DNA from: the human T2T-CHM13v2.0 reference genome, Homo sapiens
Assembly (NCBI RefSeq): GCF_009914755.1
Contig: NC_060938.1
DNA: 64,000 nt
Reading direction: 5' to 3' (one strand)
Part shown: piece after piece, positions 31,786 through 46,096 of the stretch
Layout of the letters: every line of letters begins with the position of its first letter
How positions within the stretch are numbered: the first letter of the stretch is position 1
Notes under the pieces: model-generated
What the model was told of the DNA's origin: nothing
Seen by the model: only the letters and a program-made list of their open reading frames with translations
Databases searched by the model: none
Program-made: the position numbers and the translations under genes

Positions 31786-32776
31786 GTAGATGTAACAAAG
31801 CCACTTAGCCTGAATTACTATTGAAATTGATTGAAAAAAACAAATCTAAGCTTTAACCAAAATATGAAAAAAGGTGATTTAGTGGTAATATGTCAATAAA
31901 TAAGATCGGCAATACTGGAGTTTAAAGCAGTAGATGTTAAACCCAGGGTGGGACCTGCATTATCAGGAACTACCATTTGACTCAAAGCCTATATGCCTTT
32001 TGGCTAAAATGGTACCATTTCATTTCGGGATCACTTGTTGGTTCAGAGCTGTTTGTGGGAGGGGGATGCACAAGGAAGAAATACTATTATAGTGATTATA
32101 TGTCTGTTTCCATATCTTTAGTGCTGGTCAAAATCCAGAGAAACCCTAGATAAAACTCTTGGGAAGCTTAATTGCCATAGGAAATGTTCCCATGCCCTCC
32201 TTGTTACAAAACCATTTCAAGTCCGTAACTAGTACACTATTGACTGTGATTCGGGCAAAGAGGAAAGCTTAATGGCTGAAGCCATGAAGCATAATGGCTT
32301 CAGCTTGATATGACATTTTCTGTAATCCTAACTTCATCTGGGCAAGTTATATAACCTCAGTTTTTTGAACCTGCTTTTCATCTGTAAGACAGGGATAATA
32401 GAACCTATTTCAGAGGTTTGTTGTGAGAAATGAATGTATATGTGTGTCTGCATACATACATACATACATACATAGATGTCTTAGAATAGAGCTGAGTACA
32501 TAAGGACTACATTGTTGTCATCTGACAATCAAGTTCTACCAGTTCTGAGTGGCATTTATTCATTCTTTTGTAACATACTGCGATATAGAATCCAGGATAT
32601 TAGATAAAAGTCATTAAATTTGTAGAAAAGCATTTTGTTATTTGACAAAGAACATATTTCAATGTATTTGAGTGCTAACTTTATTACAAAATTCATTGAA
32701 AATGCTAAAAATTCAAATGTGACTTCTTATATCCTGATCATAGTCCTATGGTCTTTTTGCCTTTTTTTTGTTGCAG

Positions 32777-32954
32777 TTTACCAAATTCGCAAAGTTTGGG
32801 CTGGTATGGCACCATGACTGGGTGTGGCAGCAGCAGTTACACAGTCACTCCCCACCTGAATGGACCTATGACAGATACTGCTCCTTTGCTCTTTACTTGT
32901 AGTAATTTAGATTTGAACAATCATCATAGCTTATATGTGACACCACAAAACTGA
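32777..32954 (+). CDS. GPR137C: GPR137C last coding exon to TGA
   Basis: ttgttgcag|T TTA CCA...; (S)[58 protein letters not shown]; frame continuous with the previous exon. Confidence 0.93.
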
Positions 32955-35555
32955 CAGCATCACCAAGTCATGATTCTTGAGTTGTTTTTCATAAATGTGT
33001 ATATTCAATGTGTTTAAATTCCATCTACATAAACATTCCATTATCTGTTGCAACTGAAAACAAAATCTGGAAGTGTGGCTGTGTTTGGTAAATAACACAG
33101 CTATTATTTTTGACCTCTTCATAGTAAAATGAAGTAAAATGGAAAGTTTGGAGTAGGAGAAAAGAGAGATTAGATCTTAAGGCACTTGATGGCCTCCAAA
33201 AATCCTGACTTTGGAACATCAAATGCATATGTGCACTTTTATCTTTGTTCTGAGTCACTGCAGTCCCCAAAGTCATATGCCAATGTTCACACTGAAATAC
33301 TGTATTGTACACCAAACTGGAAGGCAATTTTCCTATGAAAATCAAAGCCGGTATATTCATTGGTATGCTCTATACAGATATCTTAATAAAAATTTTATAG
33401 TGTGAACAGTGCACAGAGTTAAGGCATAAAAATGTATCATTCTTTATAAAAATCTACTGAAAATGTGTAATCATTGAAGACAGTTCTTTTAAGCATGATT
33501 TTAAAATAGCAACTGAAATTCAATCATTTTAAACAAATGATGGTAGTAATCCATTAGTTATGGCCAGCAGTGTTCTTTGGAGAGCCACAATAATTTCAAG
33601 AGGAAAATATACCAGTGAAAATTGTGTGGCTATTTTGAGTAGAATTGGTCAGTTGATTATTTTGTGTAATTGAGATATATGTAGTAGTTTAAGCATGATT
33701 CTTGAAGAAAGCAATAGTGACTTTTGCATAGGGAGATTTTGGTAGAAACTTCTTGGGACTAAACAAGTTTAGAGATGCATTTAAGAATTATTCACAAAAT
33801 GTGTCATTCTAAATTAAAACATAAATATATTTTCAAAAGCATTTGATTTCTCTGAAGCATGATATAGCTGGTCTTACCTAGTGAATCAGGATTGTCCTCA
33901 GGTAAATGAAATCATGATACATTATTGCAGTGAACTCAAGTGCAATACTTTGTAAGACATATAATTCCTATGATTTTCACATTTTTATATCTTATATATG
34001 GGAAAAGCCAAATTAAATTGAATTCAGATTAATTCCAGCATTAGACTAAATGAGCAAACTTAAGTAAATGTACAAACTAGGTAAGTATAAAACCACAGGT
34101 TAACAATATTGGAGTACTTTTAGAATTACATTAAAACTGTCTTAAATGTCCTATCCCAAATCTAAAAAAAAAGAAAATGGCAGGCTGAGATAATACAGAA
34201 TTTTAAAATGCACTTTGTACCAGTGTCTATATGGAAAGAAGTAGATGCTGAATACCTCAAGATGCCAAGGGAACAAGCAACATTGGGAAGTTGTCACAAC
34301 ATGCTCAAAGACAAACTACAATTGTCTGCTAGCTATTTCTTCAGAACTGGAACTAATACGACTATCCTTTTCTGTTTTATACTTTGATTAGAATGTTATT
34401 TCCTCGCTTACTTAAAATGTACTTCAACTTTTTAACAACTGATACAATAACTTCATAAAAGTATAACACTAGGTTGAAACCTTAAGGAAAAATTGAAATT
34501 GTTAATGCTTTCGATCTTTTGGGAGGCCAGTACACAGACAAATAAATTTCTTCTTTTTATGATACAAAATGACTTTGTATTCAATCAGAAGCATATACTT
34601 ATGTTATTTTGGGTTTGTTTATAATTCTCTCATTGTAACCAAATTATTTTAAAATGTATAGTATAAAAAGTTACCCATGGTATTAAGTGACAAAAGCGTA
34701 CTTTTATTACAACTCCAGTTGTTAGATTGCTTCTCAGAATGCTAACTGTTTATTTTGCTAATAATGTTAGGCATCTAATCATCTAGAGCTGTCCAAAAAG
34801 ATATGTTGTCTTTGTTAATCCTTGGGGTTCAAGGTGATAAAGTTTTTCTAGTAAGGCTCCCCTCGATAATGTTCCTATTTGACCAAACTAACAAAGATTA
34901 CTTTTTAAAAATTTTTCAGATAAAATAACTTGGTTCTTTCTGCTGCATTAGTTGATTGTTCCAAATTTGAGGTTTGTAAGTTTATTCTTATCACTGACTA
35001 GGGTACCCAAATTCTTGCATTTGTCTCCTTATACACATCTAACATATCACCAAAGACAAATAAAGATACACTCTGGCCCAATCTTTGCTTAAAAATTCCA
35101 AAGCACTAGGAGCACTTTAAGTTTGGTCTCGAAAGGAGTTGTTTATAAAATCAAAGGGCTACCGATTCCCTGTTCATCCTGCACTGAAGCACATGATGAC
35201 AGTATCAAACCTTCATTTTTGTTCATTAAAAAGTGAATTTCATTACTTAAGTGTGTAATTCTATAGTGATTAGCAGTATTTGTTTTCATCATTTCACTTG
35301 GGTGGCCATTAATTTTGAAACCTTTACCACTCATTGTAGTTGGTTGTAGTTTTATGGAAAATGTAATTTATAGCTAAAGTGGCTTTTTTATGCATAGCTG
35401 CCTTTTTTATTGTTTAACAGTGTTTCTCAGCTATATAATCAGTTTCAAACTGGTTGTAAAAGTATAGCTGTGGCCAATGAATGTATTTATTTGTTGTTTC
35501 ACTAAATTGTAACAAAACACTACTATTAAAAATAAAAGTGTTTGTGCTTTTATTT
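32955..35555 (+). other. GPR137C: GPR137C 3'UTR (end approximate)
   Basis: AT-rich stretch with no recognisable repeats after the stop; ends near ATTAAA/AATAAA followed by GT/T-rich sequence. Confidence 0.7.
35525..35536 (+). terminator. GPR137C distal poly(A) signal (ATTAAA + AATAAA)
   Basis: attaaa 35525-35530 and aataaa 35531-35536, followed by gtgtttgtgctttt and ttctggttttc; a proximal AATAAA also lies at 33385-33390. Confidence 0.7.
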
Positions 35556-35797
35556 AGAGTTCTGGTTTTCTTCATCTCTTATAATGGACTATACTGAGTT
35601 TCTATCATATAAGAATAAGAACATAGTGCTACCACAAAAAAAAAAAAAATCAGGAGTTACAAATGATAGTTCGCCTTTAGTGATCTCATAATTACTTACA
35701 TCTGGATGTCATATTGCTCCACATACACCAGTTTGACATGAAGTGCCATGCAGTTTAAAATGCCAATACGTTATTAGATAGTACAACATTTTTATTT

Positions 35798-37535
<1,738 letters not shown>

Positions 37536-37773
37536 TAAGCTAAGAAAAATTGTTGTATGAAATAATTTATAACACTTCTCCCCTTCCCTTCAGAATCTTA
37601 AACAGGAATCCATTTATCTACCTTATAATCCTAGGAAGGTATTATTATTTGATTATTCAAGAAATTCCTCAATGATGCTGCCTTTTCCCATGAAAGAAGT
37701 TCCTTTTTTTCCCCGAATAGACTCCTTTCATGACCCACCAAAAACCACACCAAATCTTGAATACAATTTCAGC

Positions 37774-37779
37774 TTTATT
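37774..37779 (-). terminator. Candidate distal ERO1A poly(A) signal AATAAA
   Basis: Minus-strand AATAAA followed ~25 nt later by GT-rich tttggtgtggtttttggtggg. Confidence 0.65.
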
Positions 37780-37894
37780 GACCCCCTAAAGTCTACAAAT
37801 CCTTGGGACTCTACTGACCCTTGCTGTAAAGTGAAGGGAGTGAAAGTATTTGGAATATAGGTAGGACCTCTAATATAATAAAGATGTCACTTTA

Positions 37895-39120
37895 AAATCA
37901 ATTTATTCAACAAACATTTATTAAACATTCATATGCCAAAAACTATGCTATGGAGATGCAAAAAATAAAAAGGTTCCTTTTCCTGCCCTTAAGGAGCTCA
38001 CATTCTAGTAAAGACTTTTGAAAAATAAAACAATACAGTACGATTTAAGTGACATACAATAGAGGTAGGTTGTAATTACAGTGGTGACACGAAAGTGGAA
38101 GTTAGATGACTCTCCTTGAGTGGAGCAAAGGAGGTTTCACAGAGGAAATGCTTATGTCAGGCCTGCAAGATGCATAGGAATTTTCCAAGTGGGGAAGGAT
38201 GACTAGCACACTTGATGCAAAGAGTACAGCATTTACCAAGGCGGGAGGCCTGGCCAAATGTGGCTTCTGAAGAAGTGTAAGTCTGTTTCACCAGAACATT
38301 CGGTGGAGGAAACACATCAGAAGACCTTGTACACCAAACAGAGGAGTTTGGCTTTCTCCTGAAAGTTCCTGAAGTCACTGAAGGATATTAGGGAGTAACA
38401 CTGTCAGAGTGCTTCTAGAAAGCCTGCTGTGGTAACATTGAGCAACAGAGAGGAGACCAGCTAGGTATAGGAGGCAGGTTAGTACTGTAGGTATTTATTA
38501 ATAATAGCAATGAAGATGAAAGAGTGATGTATCAGAGAGGTGGAGATAAAATCAGTAAAACTTAGACACTAAATGATAGGGGAAGGTGGAGGAGAGGAAT
38601 GAGCCTAGAAAACTTAGAATATAATGGTTCTAAAATTAACCAAAGTAAGGGACACAGGCATTAGAGTAGGTTTTGCAGAGAATGAATGTTTTAAGACACA
38701 CACAGGTGTCTCTGGGACAACCAAGAAAAGTGCAACAGGCAGATGGATTGAGGAGTCTGGCTAAAGATAAGGATTTAGGAACTGCTGAATTAAAATTACC
38801 CAAGCGTGAGAAGTGGTGTTGTGATTAAGAGAGAAAAAAAAAATGGAGGTCTGAGGAATAACATTTAAGGAATAAATGAAGAGGCCAAAAGGTGGGGGGT
38901 GGTTCAGGAGTGAGCAAAATGTAAGAAGTCAAGGGAATAAATCTTTAAAGTAGGGGTTGTCAAAAATGTCAAATACAGAAAAAAAGTCAAGTACTAGCTT
39001 GTGAATTAAACTGTGGATTTAGAATTAAGATTTTAGACTTTACAGGAAGGGACTGTTAACCAGAGAGCCAAATGGCAGATTTTAGTTAAGGAGCCAGTAG
39101 AAGGTGACAAAGTAGAGGTA
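37895..39120 (-). mobile_element. Degenerate L2 LINE fragments within the ERO1A 3'UTR
   Basis: tttattcaacaaacatttatt terminal motif at ~37902; tcctgcccttaaggagctcacattctag; purine-rich body. Confidence 0.55.
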
Positions 39121-39161
39121 AGAATATTCCTTCAAAAAGATTGGCAGCTAAAAAAAAAAGA

Positions 39162-39476
39162 GGCCGGGCGTGGTGGCTCACGCCTGTAATCCCAGCACTT
39201 TGGGAGGTCGAGGTGGGTGGATCACGAGGTCAGGAGATCGAGACCATCCTGGCTAACACGGTGAAACACTGCCTCTACTAAAAATACAAAAAAAAAAAAA
39301 AAAAAATTAGCCGGGCGTGGTGGCGGGCGCCTGTAGTCCCAGCTACTCAGGGGGCTGAGGCAGAAGAATGGCGTGAACCTGGAAGGCAGAGCTTGCAGTG
39401 AGCTAAGATCACGCCACTGCACTCCAACCTGGGCGACACAGCAAGACTCCGTCTCCAAAAAATAAAAATAAAAAAA
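39162..39476 (+). repeat. AluY-like in the ERO1A 3'UTR (antisense to the mRNA), with expanded central A tract
   Basis: Dimer with Y diagnostics. Confidence 0.92.
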
Positions 39477-39714
39477 GGAAGGGAAGCATAAGATGAGAGA
39501 GAGGGACACACAAAAAATGGCCATTTGAACCCACACTGTATTTATATTTTATATAGAGTGATCACTTCATAGTCTTTTGAGTCTCCAAGAGGATTGACTT
39601 AATTAATGGTTTAATGTCTTTCCTTTCCTGCCTTAGAGAAAAAGGAAGTGACAGAGAAAAATAGGACAAATTATTAAACTTACTTCTGTGATTATTCATT
39701 TAAAATATACTGAA

Positions 39715-39800
39715 TACATATGCATACATTCATCCAACAAATATTTATTGGATACCAAGTATGTGCTTGGCACTGTACCAGGCCTTAGGGACACAGAAGA
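39715..39800 (-). mobile_element. L2 3'-terminal fragment
   Basis: cattcatccaacaaatatttattg..gtatgtgcttggcactgt. Confidence 0.65.
39744..39749 (-). terminator. Candidate intermediate ERO1A poly(A) signal inside an L2 3' end
   Basis: Minus strand reads ...acagtgccaagcacatacttggtatccAATAAAtatttgttggatgaatg, the L2 terminal motif. Confidence 0.55.
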
Positions 39801-40094
39801 AGAAGTATACAGCAGTGTAAACTGACATTTCTTAACCACTATATAAATAAACCCCACTTTACTACTAATGTGACATTTCAACATGTTATACCTGATAAGA
39901 CATATGTAAAGAGGGCACGATTTTGAGGTATATAGCTTCTTTTTCTCTACAATTACCATGTGATATAAATTCCTAAACCCCTTCAAATAGCTTTATAAAT
40001 GAAGAGCTTCCACTAATGAAAACCTCCCAAAATTACAGTTCAGTTTTAGGGAGACAAAGGAAATGAACTTCGGGTATAAAAAACAAAAATGAAA

Positions 40095-40218
40095 CTGGGT
40101 ATGGTGGCAGACACCTGTATTCCCAGCTACTTGGGAGGCTGAGGTGGGAAGATCACTTCAGCCCAGTCGTTCAAGTTCCAGCTTGGGCAACACAGCAAAA
40201 CCTTGTCTCTAAAAAAAA
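40095..40218 (+). repeat. Alu monomer (FLAM/FRAM-like) in the ERO1A 3'UTR
   Basis: Single arm with A tail. Confidence 0.8.
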
Positions 40219-40476
40219 TTTTAATAAAATAAATAGCCTACCCTATTACTATACACATCAAGCATAAAACGGGCAACAAAACTCAAAAAGAACTTTAGAT
40301 TGGAACTTGAAAGTATTATTTATTCTAAGGCTTACAGTATTATAGTTCCAGAATTGTGGGAGTTTTTTTTTCTGAGAAAATCATTTTTAGTAATTATTCA
40401 GTATTACACACTGAAGTATTTAGGGTTTAAGGGGCATGATGCCTATAACTGACTTTCAAATGATTGAGGAAAAATT

Positions 40477-40495
40477 TGTGTGTGTGTGTGTGTGT
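40477..40495. repeat. (GT)n microsatellite in the ERO1A 3'UTR
   Basis: tgtgtgtgtgtgtgtgtgt. Confidence 0.85.
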
Positions 40496-40800
40496 ACAGA
40501 GAAAGCATGAAAGATAAAGCACGTATGAACAATTAGTGAATCTGGGTAAGAGAGCTCTTTGTACTATTTTTGAAACTTTTCTGTAAATTGGAAATTATAT
40601 AAAAATAAAAAGTGTTCCCCAAATTTTATTTAGTATTAGTGAAAGTATTATGAGAATAAATATATAATCTATTCAACTTTTCACAATGTTTAGAAATCTC
40701 CTGTGCCTTTGAGTTGTTATTGTACGTTTCTACACACAAAAACAACCCAATCAAAATAGCAATATACTTCTAAAAGTGATTTGTTTCATACCAATGTATT

Positions 40801-40978
40801 TTAGGATTGCCAGATAAAATACAAGACTCCCAGTTAAATTTGAATTTCAAACAAATAATTTTTTAGTATAAGTATTTTCCAAATATTCCATGTAAAATAT
40901 TAAAAAACTAATTGTTTATCTGAAATTCAAATCTAACTGGGCAATCTTTATTTTTATTTGCTAAATCCAGCAACCCTA
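40801..40978. mobile_element. MER53-like palindromic hAT MITE in the ERO1A 3'UTR
   Basis: taggattgccagat...atccagcaacccta termini; arms ccagttaaatttgaatttca / tgaaattcaaatctaactgg; 8-bp TSD-like aatgtatt / aatgtact. Confidence 0.82.
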
Positions 40979-41411
40979 AATGTACTGAAAAATTCTACGT
41001 TGGTAATTATGGGTCATTTATGAGGCCTCCTTAGCATTTTCCTATTAAATGCTTGTCACATTTACCATAGTTTTATTTATATTACATATTATTACATAAA
41101 ACGCTAGTTTGAGAGACTTAGAACATTCACTTTTATCATATATGAATTTGATAATCCTCCTTTTATTCAATATTAAACTTTAAAATTTGTACCACATTAT
41201 TAAAGTATTACTTTTACTCACAGTAGTATTATACATAGACTTAACACAATTTTTAAAAATGTGTTTACTTAAAACAATATAATTCTCCTTTACAAAAGCA
41301 ACTTTATATAAAATGTTTGGCTTAAGACTGTCATTGCTATTATGCCTTTGAATGAAATTCCACTCTTTCGCCTCCATTGTCCAGAAACAGGCACATATCA
41401 GCTTGTTTTCT

Positions 41412-41472
41412 TTAATGAATATTCTGTAACAAGTTCCTGAAGTTTTCTAATTCTTTCACACTTGTAGAAATT
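41412..41472 (-). CDS. ERO1A: ERO1A last coding exon to TAA
   Basis: ggttacag|A ATT TCT...CAT TAA; (R)ISTSVKELENFRNLLQNIH*; no KDEL, as known for Ero1-alpha. Confidence 0.97.
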
Positions 41473-41698
41473 CTGTAACCAAAAAATATTTCACTCAGAA
41501 ACCATCTTAGATAAATTTTATCTGTAAAAGTTATTCACTTTGCATTTTAAAACATTTTTAAAGTAATTTATTTCAATAAATTTAAGGTGCATAAACCATT
41601 TAATGTATTTTAATATATTTTAGTTCTTAATTCGACAAGGTAAAACTAAGATATTAATGTCTAGAAATTAGTTATTTTAAAAGTATTTAAATACATAT

Positions 41699-42275
41699 GC
41701 CAGGTGCAGTGATTCACTCCTGTAATCCCAGTATTTTTTGAGGCCAAGACGGGAGAACTACTTGAGGCCAGGAATTGGAGAACAGCCTGGACAACACAGG
41801 GAGACCTGGTCTCTACAAAAAAAAATTAAAAATTGCCAGGCATGGCTGTGTGTGCCATGTAGTCGTAGCTACTTGGAAACCCGAGGTAGGAGAACTGCTT
41901 GAGCCCAGAAGTTCAAGGTTACAGTGAGCTATGATCATGCCACTGCACTCCAGCCTGGGCAACATAGCCAGATCCTATCTCTAAAAAATCAAATTCTTTT
42001 AAATAAATAAAATAGCCAGGTGCAGTAGCTCATGTCTGTAATCCCAGCGCTTTGGGAGGCCAAGGCGAGCAGACCACTTGAGTCCAGGAGTTTGAGACCA
42101 GCAAGGGCAATGTGGCAAAACCTTCTCTCTATGAAAAACAAGAAAATTAGCCAGGCATGGTGGCGTGTGCCTGTATCCCAGCTACTCAGGAGACTAAGGT
42201 GGGAGAATCTATTGAGCCTGGGAGGCAGAGGTTTCCGTAAACTGAGATCACGTCGGTCAATCAATCAATCAAATA
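41699..42275 (+). repeat. Two tandem AluJ-like elements (41699-41988, 42014-42275)
   Basis: Two dimers; the second is 3'-truncated into (ATCA)n. Confidence 0.85.
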
Positions 42276-43122
42276 CATAAGTATGAGATACATAAATATT
42301 AAAATACTTCTATATTTTAAGCATTCATAAGTATACTCCCTTAATATTAAAGTATATAGTATTTGGTATAAAATATGTAAGTATACAAATAATACAATAT
42401 TTAGGTATAAGTATTCATAAAAGTATTCGTATGCTTAATATTAAAGTACGTAAGTATAAAGTATATAAACACAGAAATATCATTTTTAAATGCATAAGTA
42501 TATGAATACTTAAAATACACCATATTTAGTAAATGTAGAAAGAATCAATGCTATTGGCCTATAAAGAGTAAGAGTATTAAACGTATGACTACACTGTTTT
42601 CACTAATTTTTGTAAAGTAAATTTTGTTCCTTATTTTAAGTGCACTTAGCTCTGCTCTTGATCATGAAAAAAACAGAATAATCAATGAAATATTAACTAT
42701 CTAGCCCTTGGATGCTAGAGACACAATTTTGAAGGTCAATTATTTCAAGCCCAAAATTGTAATATTTTTTAAATGAGGAAATGTAGTCCTTTAAAAAATG
42801 TTAATTTTTATAAATCTCAGCATTTCTTGCATGATAGGCCAGAAGGAAATGCATCTGTACTTAAATATTTTAATGTAAGTTCCTTATTTCATGCTTTTCT
42901 TTAATCATTTTGATAGGAAATAATTATTTTTAAAAGAATTATTAACCTTTTTATATAATGGTGAGTTCACAAAGAGATTTACATGTACACCTATGTTAAA
43001 CAACATGATTTTTCTACCACTATCAGAAAAATAATTGGATAAAAAAACTGCTTTTAAGCAATTTTTAATGTACAAATTCGATAAGATGAATATTAAAATT
43101 CAATGAGTAATTATAATTATGA

Positions 43123-43429
<307 letters not shown>

Positions 43430-43563
43430 TAATTATGATTATAAAAGTCAATAGAGGAAAATAAAGACGATCATGTACTAATTGTATATGTCTACATACT
43501 GGAGGTATTTCATAATATCCCATAATTCTGTAATGAAATGATTTCTTCAAAAAAAATATTCCT

Positions 43564-43969
<406 letters not shown>

Positions 43970-43988
43970 TCAGTACATTCAAACTAAC

Positions 43989-44122
43989 CTTCCAAATGCG
44001 TTGAATAATGATACTATTTCTTGTCTGGTTAGATGGAATTCATAACTAGGTCCACTTTCTGGCATATTTGCTATCAATTTCTCAGAAAATAAGATCTTCA
44101 GAGCAGTGCCCAAACCCTGAGT
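43989..44122 (-). CDS. ERO1A: ERO1A penultimate coding exon (134 nt, phase 0-2)
   Basis: tattacag|ACT CAG GGT...GGA AG|gttagt; [44 protein letters not shown](R). Confidence 0.97.
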
Positions 44123-44209
44123 CTGTAATAGAAATAAGGAAAAAAGAAAAATTAGAAAATTATTCATGCAAAGGGTAAATGAGAAATAGGAATGACTAAA
44201 TTTGCTTAC

Positions 44210-44296
44210 CTGAAGCTTTCCCCACAGACGACATTTAAAACAACCAACACAATCCATAATTCTTGAAATATTTCTAAAATGCAGTCGAAAGTCCTC
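44210..44296 (-). CDS. ERO1A: ERO1A exon with inner active site CxxCxxC (87 nt, phase 0-0)
   Basis: ttttcag|GAG GAC...CTT CAG|gtaagc; [29 protein letters not shown], the Ero1 signature. Confidence 0.98.
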
Positions 44297-44344
44297 CTGA
44301 AAACAATTTAACAAGATTTTATTAAGATGTAATATACAGTCAAT

Positions 44345-44630
44345 TAGTAAGTATTTTCTGAGCAGGTTCTATGTGCCTAACACTGTGCAAGGTACTATGG
44401 GGTACCAAAAATGAGAACAGCACTAATATTCATTGATTCTACATACCAGATCCTTACATACACAATCTCATTTAATCTTCACCACAAATCCAAAGGTAGT
44501 TATTATTATAATCTACACCTAATGAATGTAAAAAACAAGATTCAGAGTGTTTAGGTAACTTGCCTAAATTCCCACATCTAGTAAACAAAAAACTTAGAAA
44601 CCAGGCCTGTCTGACTCCAAAGCTAAACTA
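44345..44630 (-). repeat. MIR/L2 fragments
   Basis: atctcatttaatcttcacc, ggtaacttgcctaa, tgtctgactccaaagct. Confidence 0.65.
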
Positions 44631-44809
44631 TCTGCAAAAATATACAAAATAACTTTGTCAAGGTGTCCATTGTAGGTGATTAACTATATGTCAATAGGTG
44701 GAGAAAGGAGGGTGAGACAGGGTTAGAGAGCATCATTTACCAGAAGGAATGGAGGGAGGGAATGAGAGAAGGCAGGAATGGAAAGGAAAAAAAAAAATCC
44801 TTTGGTTTC

Positions 44810-45107
44810 TTTTTTTTTTTTTTTTTTTTTTTGAGAGTATCGCCCTGTCACCCAAGCTGGAGTGCAGTGGGGGAATCTCGCTCACTGCAAGCTCTGCCTC
44901 CCAGGTTCACACCATTCTCCTGCCTCAGCGTCCTGAGTAGCCGGGACTACAGGCACCTGCCACCACGCCCAGCTAATTTTTTTTTTTTTAGTAGAGGCAG
45001 GGTTTCACCATGTTAGCCAGGATGGTCTCGATCTCCTGACCTCGTGATCCACCCACCTCGACCTCCCAAAGTGCTGGGATTACAGGCGTGAGCCACTGTG
45101 CCCAGCC
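44810..45107 (-). repeat. AluY-like element
   Basis: TSD cctttggtttc. Confidence 0.9.
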
Positions 45108-45893
45108 CTTTGGTTTCATAATAATTCAACCACAGCCCTTCTTTCTGGTATGAATAAGGTAAACAATCAGGTCTTCCTTTGTTAATATTAAATTACTATT
45201 ACTATTAAAATGCAAAAATATATAAAATATAGTGAATGCCACATACCCACTACCAAGTTTTAGAAAAATTTGTCACAAGTACAATCGAAGCCCCTCATGT
45301 TATCTCTCGAGTCCCATATCCCACCCTCTACTACTATATTGAATTTGGCATTGTTCCCTTTTTGTTTTTATGCTTTTAATACATATGTATACATCCATGA
45401 ACCCTAGAATATTATATCATTTATAATAGGGCGACATGCATCCAGCTAATCTAAACATAGTATATGTCCTTAAGGAATATGGAAAAAAGAAGGGAAGCCA
45501 AGAACACATCCTTCTTTTCCTTCAATGGAAATTACCAACTGATCCTCCAAGAGACTCCTGTACTGGACTAAGAGGGGAATCTCAAGCTTACAGTATTCTT
45601 AGCAGGAAATCTGACATACATCTCAGATAGAACATCCATTATACAAATTGGCCTATAATTTAGGGAGCACACAGTATTTCTCTTATTCTAATGTGATAAA
45701 CCACACACTAGGCTCAACCAGATGAAGGCAGGACCACAAATCTAAAATAGGAATAAATCAATGATTGGAACCCACTATTCAAAGGAAACCTCAATTTGCT
45801 CTGGAGACAGACTTTCCCAACATGCTTTATTCAGTTTGTGACTTTCAAACAGCTGTAACATGAAAGAAAGTTTTAATAGGATCTAAGATGTAA

Positions 45894-46096
45894 TATCTTT
45901 ATTAATTAAGACAAAGCCCAAATTGTTCATTGTTACCATATCTTAATAATATTCTCTATCTTGGTTTCAGTACCTGTACAGTAAGAGGTACTATTTTTTT
46001 TTTATTTTTATGACCACATGACATCCAAGCAACAGGTACTAATTTTAAACCTACTTAAAACTAACCGGTAATATTACTCTACAAAGATTCTGTGAT
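45894..46096 (+). repeat. Local dispersed duplication, copy 1 (~200 bp)
   Basis: Aligns end-to-end by eye with 48130-48348. Confidence 0.92.

Larger units (their letters stand above)
37755..41411 (-). other. ERO1A: ERO1A 3'UTR (long form; end approximate)
   Basis: Follows the stop on the minus strand; AATAAA candidates (tttatt on +) at 41162-41167, 39744-39749, 37918-37923 and 37774-37779. Confidence 0.65.

Noticed and set aside
34130-34175. ATTAAA plus A-run as a GPR137C poly(A) site
   Set aside because: The genomic A tract at ~34164-34172 would cause internal oligo-dT priming; it cannot be called from sequence
39162-40218. Inverted-Alu (IRAlu) structure in the ERO1A 3'UTR
   Set aside because: Both Alu elements are in the same orientation
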